The position numbers and the translations under genes are program-made. DNA of 58,624 bases, counting the filler, from Porpidia crustulata (Eukaryota), in assembly GCA_964255105.1 (NCBI GenBank). It is 8 parts of 8 records of this genome, joined end to end, with 100 filler letters (N's around TTAATTAATTAA, not from the genome) between each part and the next. Parts side by side here need not be neighbours in the genome. Positions count along the whole stretch, not along the records: positions 22,037 to 29,278 come from CAXUWE010001371.1; positions 29,379 to 36,618 come from CAXUWE010001372.1; 6 more parts are not named here. One strand, 5' to 3'. This document shows positions 24,149 through 35,977 of this stretch, one piece after another (positions within the stretch are counted from its first letter, which is position 1; every line of letters starts with the position of its first letter). Below the pieces are notes generated by a model that was not told where the DNA came from, did no database searches, and was given only the letters and a program-made list of their open reading frames with translations.

Positions 24149-24860
24149 ATGGCTGTATGTTCAAATCGCCCGGAGGGCTTGGTAAGGATCCTGATCCTTG
24201 GTCTCTGTCAGGGTGCTGATCTTCCGCCAGGGCCCAATGTCCTCCCGTTACAGCCACATCCTCACTTCATGTTTCCTTGATACGGTTCTGATACCTTTGT
24301 GTACGTGGCTCTACCTACTCGCCGTTGTTGTTCTCTTCACCCTCTTCGCGCGCCAGGCGAAGACTCCGTACCGGCCGCCCTCGAAGTTCAGCAACTATCG
24401 TGGTTTCAAATCTCGCAAGACTGCAGATGTTGAACGTGATGAGGCTGCGCTTGAAGCACCACGGAGGAAACATGGCAAAATCCATTTGGTGGTTTCGATA
24501 CTATACTACCTGCTCTTGGTAGCGCAAATCCTCATGTGTGTCCTGGAGATTGTACGCCTGTCTCTGGCACACCTTGGAATCGGCCTGTTACCATTTACAA
24601 TTATTGCCATCGTTGTAGCTGGAATGCTGCGCCTGACCCTGGGACTACAAGGCAGAATTCGAGGCTGGAGATGGGCAAGCCTGGCTTTGTGGATTGCGCT
24701 CGCCGTGACAAATGGTATCAAGATTGCAGAGGAGGTCAAGGAGGGAACAAATGAAAGGAAAGGGACCAAATATCCCGTGATGGATGAGCTCACGGATGTG
24801 TCCGTCATGATCGGAGTATACGTTGTGTTGGGAGTCCTCGAAGTTTTTCTAGGGGCGTGA
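24149..24860 (+). CDS. Small multi-pass membrane protein with N-terminus resembling the TMD0 domain of Ycf1-type ABCC transporters
   Basis: Exon 24149-24181, intron 24182-24230, then an exon to the stop at 24860. Product begins MAVCSNRPEGLGPMSSRYSHILTSCFLDTVL and has about five hydrophobic segments. Confidence 0.75.
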
Positions 24861-25524
24861 AATAGCGGAGGCGGCTCGGAACATGTTTTGGCACGTTGTT
24901 GGATTTGACATTATAATTGGATTTACTGGAGGCGTTGTTATGGTTTACTATGGAGGAATGATACCCTGGCAGATTTCCTCAGTTTTGGCGTTGTTCTAAC
25001 TTCGGAGTAATGGGAACTCATGCCATCAGCGTCGGATAGTATGCACAATTGTCGAAGACTTCTGTATAACGGATGTAGTACGATGGACTAGGTTTTTAGA
25101 AGCAAGCAATCAGCAATCTAACTTGATACAGAGAGCATAACGACGATGAGATAAGCAGCGTTCTCAACCATATATGACCGTGAAAACGTGTTTAAGGTGA
25201 TGTTGGGGATCGCCATTCGTGAAGGGGATAACAAAGACCACAGCCATATTTTATAAGTCCTCATGTTCTTCCTGAAGTGTGATTTTAGCAAAAGAGACAG
25301 AGCGAATGCAGTCTCTTGTATATCTCCCAACTTCGTGAACGAAAGGTGTATATATTCTAACCCTTAATGTAATGCGTCCCAATTGTTCTTGAGTAAAGGA
25401 TGCATCGTATGCAGTTGGCGAAGTACTTATCGCGTTCAATTTGACGTAAGATTGAGTCTTACAGCCAAGTAACGTCGATCACCCAGAGCTTCTTGATATT
25501 TAGCCCCACGATTGTAATTTGAAT

Positions 25525-26655
25525 TCATCCCTTCGCTCCTACGCGCCAACCAACCCTCATCATAGTCTCACATGACTCTTCCGTGGAATTCTTTATGAGA
25601 TCGCTGTCAACATCGATCTCGCCACGAGGATATAGCACAATGACTGTGCTCCCGCCATAGGCGAATGCCCCCAAGCATTGGCCTCTTCTTATAGGTGTCC
25701 CGACCTGAGTGGCCCCGTCGACATAGTTGATAGAGCCTACCAGCATTGCTCCAACCGCGATGATGGCGATTGGAGAACCGGTCGAAGATCTCTTGAGTAG
25801 CATGACAGATCTCTTGTTCTCGCAGAAGATATCCAGTGTTCCGGACTCGTTGATAGCCTGCGGGTTGACGGTGTAGTAGGTGCCAGGAATATCTCTGATG
25901 CCCTCAACGGTTCCAGAGACAGGCGAATGCCAGCGATGATAATCTTGTGGTGCTAAACGAGCAATGACAATGGAGCCGCCTTCGAATTGATCCGCTAGGT
26001 TTTGGTCACCTAGAAGTTTGGCAATAGAAAATCCGTATCCTTTGATCCAGTATTTGGTCGCAAGATCTACCATCTGGAAGGCAGTCAGGCGACAATCGGC
26101 AGGACTCGAAGATACAAGGTCGTCTTTAGGATCATCAACGGGACGAGCTTCCTCCTTGATCTCGCGCGCAAAGAATTCGTTAAATGTCGCATAGGTAGAT
26201 GGATCGGGCTTCTTGAGCTCGGAAAGCGTTTCCTGAAGCTGGAAGCTTTCAATAAACGGTAAAATGTGCGCTTTACTTTCTGGAGCATCGTACTCTCTCC
26301 CCATCTTCTCGCTTTGAGCTTTCAGGAGCTCCAAGGTTTTCCTCCAATGAAGGGCCTTTTCTTGCTCGGACCCGTAATATAGCAAATGCATGCCCACACG
26401 AACGTAGATACTCATCGGCTCGAATGACTTCTCGCCTGTCCTTCGATCAATGACAAAATTCCCCATGTGAAACCGAGTCTCGAGTTGCTCAATCTCCGAG
26501 ACAGGGAAAACTTTGGAAAGCCATGTATGTGAGAATTCATGATTAGCTGGAAGATGCAAATGGGTCTTGGAATCTTGGTTATTGTTCTCCGCTGAGGTGG
26601 TGAGCTGATCGAGCGCTGACGCGCTGGCGATGAATCCTTCGTCGGTGCGCTGCAT
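25525..26655 (-). CDS. Phosphatidylserine decarboxylase proenzyme, Psd2-type catalytic region without C2 domains
   Basis: TFNEFFAR, SSPADCRL, RLAPQDYHRWHSPV, ENKR, VGAMLVGSI and the self-cleavage motif FAYGGSTVIVL, in an intronless 376-aa ORF. Confidence 0.92.
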   Translation of the reverse strand: MQRTDEGFIASASALDQLTTSAENNNQDSKTHLHLPANHEFSHTWLSKVFPVSEIEQLETRFHMGNFVIDRRTGEKSFEPMSIYVRVGMHLLYYGSEQEKALHWRKTLELLKAQSEKMGREYDAPESKAHILPFIESFQLQETLSELKKPDPSTYATFNEFFAREIKEEARPVDDPKDDLVSSSPADCRLTAFQMVDLATKYWIKGYGFSIAKLLGDQNLADQFEGGSIVIARLAPQDYHRWHSPVSGTVEGIRDIPGTYYTVNPQAINESGTLDIFCENKRSVMLLKRSSTGSPIAIIAVGAMLVGSINYVDGATQVGTPIRRGQCLGAFAYGGSTVIVLYPRGEIDVDSDLIKNSTEESCETMMRVGWRVGAKG

Positions 26656-26819
26656 GATGCTCTGAGGTTCTTCAACGTCACCTTGAACTCAGAACGTGTA
26701 GATGGAAGTTGGGTTTATCTAACGATATCTTTGCTACAGACCAGTTTAGATGCCTCAACGAAACACCTTGGTGGATTGATCATGAACTGATGTGGATTGG
26801 AATCAGAGTTATTGCTGTA

Positions 26820-26933
26820 CTGATCCCGATTTCAGGATTAGACCTTCCTCGCAAAGTTTTCTCGTAATTCAGATATATTCTAATTTCATTAAATTTACTC
26901 TTTTAATTCGGTCAACTCATAAATCGGGATCAG
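26820..26933. mobile_element. MITE-like inverted-repeat element (114 bp)
   Basis: Perfect 13-bp terminal inverted repeat CTGATCCCGATTT / AAATCGGGATCAG, extending imperfectly to about 25 bp. The interior is AT-rich; flanks are TA on the left and AA on the right. Confidence 0.55.
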
Positions 26934-27366
26934 AATAAAACTAATTCTATCAAGTGCAGGCGAGAACACATCCGATTTGCGATGGTCTCGACGCCTTTTT
27001 AAACGCCTGATATGGCGAAATCAAGCTAACGGTATTAAATGGTAATTTTCAGCACATTTCAATGACTGCATTCGGACATTGTCTCAGTCTCAAGTTCCTT
27101 GCAGGTCTACGGAATGGAAGGAAAGGTCGTGGGAGCAACTGGGTGAGCTGCAGCATCAAAGAGAGGAATGTTGCACCCTCTGATGTAATGTTTCTGTGCA
27201 TTCCTCGATCATTCTATACTCCAATTGGATTATTCAATCACGAGTCGACGGACATAAAATATCTCAAGCGTCTTATTTACTCTTGTCCATTCCTTTAACG
27301 TGAAGACATGTCTTAGGTCGGTCTCCTTAGGAACATATGACACTATAAATACTCGTTTCTGCTACC

Positions 27367-28858
27367 ATGAAGCAAGATCTGTTAAAACAGTGGTTGGATA
27401 CCACAGATCTTCAATCTCCTACGCTCGAAAGACCTTCGAAAAGGCGACGGATCGATTACACTAGTGAAGAGGAAGCGATTTCAGAGTCCCCACTGCCGTT
27501 CGCTCCACCGAAAGCATATTCGGACGACTACAGGCAGACATCTAGATCCGCCACATACGCACATTGGAACCAAATCCATAACAAGGAAGTACATAGCTGC
27601 AGTGGTCTCGTTATCCATAGACACTGGCAGAGTCAATATATAGAAAGTGCACGGTATCAAGAGCAGAAGGACCCAAATATATGTTCTCGACATACAGTTA
27701 ATCCGTTCAATTCAAGGCTCCGCAGAAGCAAATCAGGCAGCTGTCTTATAGGCTGTAAAGGTTGTGAGACCTCAGCTACAATGCAAGCAGATTACATGCC
27801 TCAAAGCCTTAGTTAATCTCCCTCTGGATCGGTCGCCTCTATTGACGGTACTATAGAGCCGCCGTCGAGCGTCCTGGCCACTGATACTGGCTCTAGGAAC
27901 TCCACTGGATCAAAGCAAACCCGTATCGATTTCACGGAGACACGTTACAGGTACGATGTCCTTGCGTTAAACAGAGTCATCTTCAAAAGCGCAAAACTCC
28001 TTTGCCAGAAAACGTTGCTGCGGTAGTAAAGAAGTTCGTTTTCAAACAGGATTTCTCAGAGATGGATGACACGACCGCCGCTGATTACTGTGACAAAATT
28101 TTTGAGCTGGGGAAGACGCAGAAGCCGAACTTAGCCATGGGTTTATGACTATGGATATCTTACCCTCTAACGCGGCGGAAGAAACATTGAAGCGCGTACA
28201 ACAAACGCCATTCACAAACGCAATTCTACCAAGGGCAATTATTCCAGACGGTCTATCGGAGGCCATTTAAACCATTGGCGAACCAGAGCCCGACGTTGCG
28301 TATGGCTATACTTTTCAGGGGTTCACCCCTTCTCAACAAATTACCCAAAGAAGCACAGTCAATGGAACGGACCTTTCGAAATTCTCTCGACTTACGAAGG
28401 ATCTTTATTGGCCCTTTCTCGTTGTTGAGTTCCAGGCTCCCGCGGTAGTCGGAAACATATACGTCGCAGAAAACCAGTGTGCAGGCGGGGGTTCAGCATC
28501 TCTTCTAGCCTCCAGAACCTTACATTCTATAGCGTCGCAAGCCAATGACTCTGCCGGTCTAATAGATTCCGTTGCATATTCGGTGACAATTGATGGAGCG
28601 GCCGCAAACTTACAGGTTCACTGGTACGATGCAGAGAACGAGACGTATTGTCTCGAGAGAATTCATCACTACGACTTGAATCGACCCGAGGACATTCAGG
28701 AATTCCAGTTGCATATCAAGAATATAGTGGACTGGGGTATTAACTCGAGACTGAACGAGATCAGAGATGCTTTGGACGTGATTTTGATGAAAGAGATGAA
28801 AAAGAAACAGCGACAGATGAAGCGGTCCGCCGAGTCTTTGTCACCGCCAATCTCGTAG
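27367..28858 (+). pseudogene. Disrupted fungal PD-(D/E)XK-like nuclease-fold hypothetical protein
   Basis: After frameshifts and a stop near 28267 the frame reads PEPDVAYGYT...YWPFLVVEFQAP...YVAENQCAGGGS...LQVHWYD...IKNIVDWG...RLNEIRDALD. Confidence 0.65.
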
Positions 28859-29278
28859 CTCCGAGCAAGAGTTTTCTACTTCGACGTAGTTGTGTAGTTC
28901 TAATTATCTTACGACTCACTTGTACAAGAGAAGAAATAAATGCAAGAAAATTCCAGTTTGTTGATAATATCTTGCAAACATGCTGTAATGAAATCAGTTC
29001 TGTATATAAAAATTTACTTTATTTCGAAAATCACTGACCATACACCCCATTTTGCCTACTCGTACACCTTCTTAGATAGAACTTAGTGCTATTCTAATGA
29101 GACTCGATGTTAGATTTATAAACCTATTCCTTATCGAATCGCTTCTTCACTATCTGAAAAATATCGAGCAATTGCATCCTGTTTTAATTCGATCAGATAA
29201 TAACCCTTCAAAAATTGAAGTGTCATTGAAGGATCTTCCCGTAGTGTGCTTAGGAGGTGGAATTGCCTCCTCTTGATC

Positions 29279-29378
29279 NNNNNNNNNNNNNNNNNNNNNN
29301 NNNNNNNNNNNNNNNNNNNNNNTTAATTAATTAANNNNNNNNNNNNNNNNNNNNNNNNNNNNNNNNNNNNNNNNNNNN
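29279..29378. other. Artificial contig linker
   Basis: Same 100-bp spacer. Confidence 0.99.
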
Positions 29379-29418
29379 GGATTACTTCTATCGGGTAAAA
29401 GCGTGCCGCATCTGGCTA

Positions 29419-29546
29419 CCCGTACACACCCCTCTTTCGGTCAAACCCCTAGCTCGGTCACACGAACTTAAAATCGATCTTTAAAACCCTAACCCTTGCC
29501 AGGGTGACCGAGCTAGGAGTTTGACCGAACTAGGGGTGTATCCGAG
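29419..29546. mobile_element. TA-flanked MITE (128 bp), Tc1/mariner-pogo type
   Basis: Imperfect TIRs of about 43 bp (…CACCCCTCTTTCGGTCAAACCCCTAGCTCGGTCAC / GTGACCGAGCTAGGAGTTTGACCGAACTAGGGGTG…), each with an internal 17-bp direct repeat. TA at 29417-29418 and 29547-29548. Confidence 0.8.
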
Positions 29547-29811
29547 TAGTCTTAAGTTCATCTCTCGATTTCGCTGCCGTCGCAACTCTTGAATGCCCTC
29601 ATCTCGTCGGCGTAAATGTGTATATCATATACACCCTTAGCTTAGGATTGGCAATCGCCGTTTCGGTTGGAAAGAGGGAGTAAGGCCGCTTTAGAGGGAG
29701 CACCGAAGGAGCAGGGAAAGAACGGCGAGCGTGTACGGGAGGGCAGCGAGGGAGCAAAGGGAGAGCACAGGGGAAGCATGGGTAGATTGGCGGAAGATTT
29801 TCGCATATTGA

Positions 29812-31931
29812 TCACATGGATTTGATCGCAGTGCCCTCTCGACGCAGTATCCAACCACCCCTCGATGTTCTCGCCATCTTCACCCTGATTTCCGAAGCCA
29901 CATGCTCCATCTCGCTCGACTGATGAAGTGCATCCAAGTCTTGATCCGACTTCTCCAGCACGTGGAACAAGAGTGCTAACTCGGAAGTCTTCCATACACG
30001 AGCTCCTCGTCTTTTGGTCTCAGATATCGCGAGTAAGAGGAACGTTGTTCCCGCTATGACGAGCAGAGCCGGAAGAGTGATCCAAGGCCAATTCACATGG
30101 ATGTAGGACTCGGATATTCCGGATTTACCGGTGACTGTGACGCCGCTGAAGTTGCAAAAATAGTTTGTTATTGCGGTGGCGATGTTTTCCATGGCCACTG
30201 GGATATCATAGGAAGCGTTAAAGGCACCTATGTTGATACTTGAGGTGGCATAAGACCCAACAGATTGCCAAAAGGTCTGGTTGGGTGCAGTCATTTTGCC
30301 CGCAAGAGACTGTACTAAGCGGAACAGGTTGTCTCTCCATTCGGTTAGAGGATCCCAAGGATTATCACTCGTCTCGTGTGGATGATATGTCATATTGACG
30401 CTATCTCCCGTGAAAGACAGCCCCCAAGTGTCTTCATTGTTGGGGTGAGGAATAGCATGTAGGGTACCGTACACATTCTGAAGGATGTCGAAAGATGGCT
30501 GGCGGAGGGATACCGAAACATTACGCTTCTGGGCACAAAAGTTGAGAGCGCACATGTCGGCTGCAATAACGCGTCCAGAATTATCATCATCATGTAGAGA
30601 TGTTCGAACGAGAGCAACCAAGGCAGGCATCGGGACTGAGGTGCCGTCAGTGAAATTGAAGATCATTGTTTTATCGTGCCAATCGCCGTATAATGAAATG
30701 ACGAAGAACGCTGGTATCGATGATATTGCGGAGATCAAAGAAAAGGAGCGGGAAAATTCTGACGGATTGACGCCGTATCTCGGTGTCCTTAGGATCTGGC
30801 CGTTCAGTTCAGGCAGTCTGTAAGTGTAGTTTCTCTGCGGGAACGAGCACGTGGTATTGTCTCCGTGGGGTGGGGATGCTAGGCACTCCTGAATCTTCAA
30901 ATGATTGAAGGGCAACTCAACGGACGTTTTTGCAACTGCTGACTGATGTCCTCGCATTTAGAACATAATCCCAACGATGTAAAGACGGGCCAGGTACAAT
31001 TGCCAGTAACGCAGTACGGCTTTGCTCCGGACAGCGTGTCTGAATCAAGGATCGCGTTATTGACACTGTTCACAAGTTGAATATTAGAAATCAGGGGCAC
31101 TGTTTATAGTTACGTCAGCAGCCTATTTTGAGGAAATGTGGCCGTTTGCAGAAGCACGCATATTGATACTGAAGGATCACGTACCGCTCAAAGTAGGATA
31201 AGTCTCCATCATATCCACGACCGTTGCCGGATCATCTCTATAGACGACTCGTTCGGAAATACTGATCAGTGCTTGAATAAAAGGATCAAAGATAAGACAC
31301 AGTATGATGACGATTGCTCCTATAGAAGCGCTTCTAGCAATCAGCTAATTGAAAAGTTTTTATTGACTTCGACTTTCAGGAATCAGACTCACAAGCCTCT
31401 CCTAGACACAAGCAGCTTAGAAGCACCCAAGGGACCTCTGGTAGCTTCATCGAAAATCTGTAGGTCTTGCAGCCCACGCTGCTTGAGGGACATCCATAGT
31501 CATTTAGATTGACCAATTGCAGATGTCACCGCAAGAAGTAGTGAACTCTTTGAGACCGTAGCCAAGGTTGAGATGATAAAATTGAGAGAGACGTTGTAGG
31601 GTAGTCTTGGAAGCGTGTAGCCATCGTACTCGCGAAGTATAACAATAATGCCAGAAAATGCGATGACGCTCAGTGCAATTGCCAGCAGTTCTCCCATCCA
31701 CCAGTCAATAAATGAGCGTTTAACGCGGGCCCACAATTCAATTTGGACTTCAGCCCTTGAAATTAATCTTTTGTTTGTTCCAGCTATAGCCGTCGAGCTT
31801 GATTGAAAAGAGTTGTCGCAGGAGGAATCTTCCAAGAATTCGACATTACTAGCCCTCTGTGCATCAGAGCTCGGTAAAGCGTGGGAAGTCTTAACCTCCT
31901 CGACGTCGCAGTAGCCACGATGAAGCGACAT
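29812..31931 (-). pseudogene. DUF3176-like fungal membrane protein, apparently disrupted
   Basis: DWWMGELL, NVSLNFIISTLAT, DEATRGPLG, CVTGNCTWPVFTSLGLCSKC, YIHVNWPWITLP, WKTSELALL. An in-frame TGA replaces the expected Trp in GQSK*LW at 31500-31502, and there is a frameshift near 30935. Confidence 0.75.
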
Positions 31932-33272
31932 TATTCAATCGCTTTTAATACGAACAATCAAACAACAAGCTGACCAAATTTGGGAGCAAGAGTGAAAGGG
32001 AAGAACCACATTTTGAAAGGAACATTAATGCGGAGGAAGGAATGCAACAACGTATTACCCAAAGCTGGTAATAGAAGCAGGCGACGGAGATAAATGGAAA
32101 GCATTGTCCAATCTACACAAGATCCCATACACCACCGCATTGACCAGCCCGCTAAAGTATTGGCAAAAAATATCCGGCATCGCTCTGAAACGGCTGTGTC
32201 AGCTTTCAGCTGCATATCAGACGCCTTGCCCGTAATATCCGTCTCTCAGCCTCACCGGCTAAGATTTACTGTCCCTATTATTTGATTATCTTGCCGGAAC
32301 AAGGTGTTATGTTTGTTTGTTAGAATGAACCAGAGTCTTGTCGGCAAATTTACTGAGGTTCGAGAGTCGGCCAGGCTATCTTGAAGGGAGGTTTCCAGGC
32401 AGCTCGTAAGAGCTGCCTGCTGCGCTTCCTAGGTGCTCCCCCTTTCATTCCTCGGTGCTCCCTTTTGAACGCTTTACACTATCCTGAACAGAAACGACAA
32501 CCCACAATACTGAGTCCGGTTGTATGATATATCCCAGTCTCCTCTCTGCTCCTTCAGGATTCTCCACCGCCAATCCTGATACCTAGGAGATTACCAGTGT
32601 CAGCACCAAGTCAGCAGTCAAGGGCATGGCGCAACATCTTCCTTCGAAAGGGACGCTTGTTGATTGGATCTGGATGGCTGAAAATGCCTCATCGTGCTGC
32701 AAACACCCCGACATCACCACATGCACGTGCATAATCTGGGCGTTGAAAGCAGCCGACTATGTAGGTGCTTTAGGCAGCCGGAAGACACCATGCATAACCA
32801 TAGGTGCAGTCCTCGTTAGGTATTCATATGTGCTTACCATATCATCTACATACCTTAGTGCACCAGTGTAAGATACCTTAGTAGTCAGCGACCACTCGAA
32901 TTTCCAATTTGGACGACTTGTATGTAGGGACCGCACACAACTCGTTTCTCAAGTGTAACCGCCGTGACGTCCATCCACAGGAGGGTAGGCCTCCTATGTA
33001 TGTCCTGATTCACTCTAGGGCTATGCTCGATGATGCGTCGTGAAGCGCGTTTGATGGCCCCCTGCATGTCGGCTGCGATTACTCCCACCCCGCTGGGTCG
33101 TATGCAGTCGCATTAGACAAATCTGCCAATCACGAAATGATCCCCCACCGTGCTAAAATTTTATATCTTCTCTTCTCTTACCAGAACTCGGACCTCCTCA
33201 AATTCAATTCATCAGACTCGCCAGGTCATATGACACGTGTTCTGAAAGTCCGTGATACTTCGCATCTTAGAT

Positions 33273-35053
33273 ATGGAAAAGGATACCATCGGATACGCCG
33301 GCAAGCATGAAGCTGCTGAGCTACCAGGAGCGCTCAAGCATGATGGAATTTTAGAGGCTCGTGTCAGGCGCAAACTTGACTGGAACTTGATGCCGCTGTT
33401 ATTCGTCCTATGTGAGTAGCATTGACTTCGCTGTCAATGAGTGAAAGCTCACATCCCTTATTTCAAAGACATGCTTGCGTTTGTCGACCGTAGCAACATC
33501 GGTAATGCCAAGATAGCTGGAATGCAGAAGGACCTGCATTTAAGCAGCAACGGATACTCGTGGCTTCTGACAATATTCTACATCACCTATGTTGTCTTTG
33601 AGTTCTCCCTACTTTTCTGGAAGGTTTTCCCCCCTCATGTCGTCGCAGCGGTTGTTGTGTTCGGTTGGTAAGTAGTCTAACCCGCGATCTCTATTGTGGA
33701 CCAGTATAACCTGACTTCCCGTGAATAGGGGTTTATTTGCGACCCTTCAGGGTGCAGTCCAGAATTGGAGTGGTATGATGGCTGTTCGTTTCTTTCTGGG
33801 TGCGTTTGAAGCGGCTTACGGGTAAGTGTATCGCGGGTTGATCTCCGAAGATGTGGTATCTTGCAGGACATCTGGTTGACACTTGCGGCTGGCCTTTAGG
33901 CCTGGTGTGATCTACCTTCTATCTTTCTTCTACCTTAAGCACGAAGTCGGTTTCAGATGCGGCATATTTGCTTCGGCAGCTCCTCTCGCATCCACATTCG
34001 CTGGAGCACTCGCCTACGGAATCACGAGTGGCAAACCAGAATTCCCAAGCTGGAGGCTCCTCTTTCTTGTCGAAGGCCTTCCCACCATTGTAATGGCCCC
34101 CATCGCCTCTTTCTTCATACCGGACGCTCCGAACAAAGCCAAGTTCCTGAGCTCGGAAGAAAAGACCGTTGCCAGTGCTCGAGCCGTTCGACAAACTGGC
34201 ACAAGCCAAAGAATTGGAAGCCTGAATTTGAAGGAGGTTGGGTTGACGTTTTTAGACTTCAAAGCATGGTTTAATGCCGTACGTGACGTCGATTGTTTTG
34301 ATGAATACCCTTGTTAACCGCTATTGTATCAAGTGTAATTACTGATTTTTATTAGTTGATGTATTTCAGCGCAAATGTAAGCTACGCCAGCTTACCAGTC
34401 TTCCTCCCCACCATCCTGGTCGACATGGGATACAGCAATATCAACGCTCAAGGAGTGTCAGCTCCGCCATACTTCTGTGCCTTTCTCTTCGCCCTCATAA
34501 CGACTTGGCTTGCGGATAGAACCCAGCAGAGGGGCTTGGTTCTTATCGTAACATCGCTTGTAGGGGGCATCGGTTACATTGTTCTTGCAACGGTCAAAAC
34601 GGTTGGAGTCCGCTACTTCGCCGTCTATTTGGCCGCTGCCGGCGTATTCTCGACGATCCCTAATATTCTAGCGTGGACCCTGAGTACGTTACAATCCTCT
34701 TCTTTTTAGCTCACTCGGAGAAACTAAAGCTAACCATGGTGTCAGACAATCAAGGCAGCGATACACGCCGCGGTGCTGGACTGGTCTTGATCAACCTCGT
34801 CGGACAGTGCGGACCAATCCTAGGCACTCGGCTCTACCCCGCGACGCAGGCGCCACGGTACGTCGAGGGAATGAGCATCTGTGCCGCGTCCATGTTCTTC
34901 GCCACGCTTTTGGCTCTCGGGCTACGCATATACTTGGTGTGGGAGAATAGAAAGCTGGATCAGAAATACGGTGCGCGCGCCGCAGCGAAGGGTCATGATA
35001 AAGATACCGTTTTGGCGGAGAACTATGGGCCCAATTTCCGTTATGTGCTTTAG
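33273..35053 (+). CDS. MFS transporter, anion:cation symporter (Dal5/Tna1-like) family; multi-exon
   Basis: RVRRKLDWNLMP, AFVDRSNIGNAKIAG, WRLLFLVEGLPT, FLPTIL, SAPPY, NQGSDTRR, APRYVEG, NFRYVL. Confidence 0.93.
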
Positions 35054-35223
35054 TTTGTAATTGGTCGGTGGATAAGATAGAAAAACTGTGCGGAGAATTG
35101 CTGGGGAAAGCATAGAATTATAAGACGTAGAGAGCCTAAATCATGTGAATAGATGGCGTGAAAGATTCTGTATACGACACCGAAGCTCGAAAAACATTGA
35201 GGATAGCATGACTAGATTGCTCC

Positions 35224-35534
35224 TGACGTTTCCTAGGGATCGGGGCCCAAGTATACCAGAGGGCACGTATCAAAGCTAACAGGTAGGTGAGGCTCACTAC
35301 GCACAGTGGCAGCTAGGACCAGGACTGCATATGGCGATACAGTCCTATAGTCTATGGCTCAGCCTATATCAAAGGATAGAAGAATATATATAGATACGAG
35401 TTGAAATAAAAAGATCGATCGAAGTGAAGTAGAATCAGACGATGATAAGAGGTCTGGGAAAATCGCTCCGGGAGGCCCCTGAGCTAGAGTAAACCCTGTC
35501 GACCTAAGATGCCTCCGGGCCAGCATTATTGACA
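35224..35534. mobile_element. Possible degenerate solo LTR
   Basis: About 310 bp bounded by TG...CA (TGACG...TGACA), with an internal TATATATA. The flanking 5-mers GCTCC and GTTCG match at only 3 of 5 positions. Confidence 0.25.
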
Positions 35535-35977
35535 GTTCGGGAGCGCGGCTTGAATACTAGCAGTCGCGCTTTGCGCTCCGAGCGGGTTTAAGCTGTCGAT
35601 TAGCTGAATTGGCATTTTCGCTACTCTAGCGCGGTCAGCGGCGACGGAAGCTAAGAATCTTATGATACTTTAAAATTTGATCTACTTTGTTAAGCGAAAA
35701 TGACGGCGAAAGTCTAGTTACTCGTCACGCTCGTCGGTAGGTTTTAATGATACTAGATTTGGTTTATGTTGGTGCTGGAATAGTTGGTGTAGTGGTGTTT
35801 CTGCTAACTTGTCGTCGTTCTGCAGCTTCCAGCACACGGGGACTCTCACTACCCTAGTGGAAAATCAGTAACTATTCCATATTGACCAAAAGGCTTTGAC
35901 ATCCAATGATCAAGGCTTTCTAGTGTCCTTTATTCCGACTGTAGTTGTTCTCCAGGAGCCCACTTGGACTTTCGATA

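Noticed and set aside
25525..26655. PsiD-like tryptophan decarboxylase
   Set aside because: The N-terminal DRRTGEK...YVRVGMHLLY segment and the GGST motif resemble the Psd2 catalytic region, and no kinase or methyltransferase partner genes are nearby.
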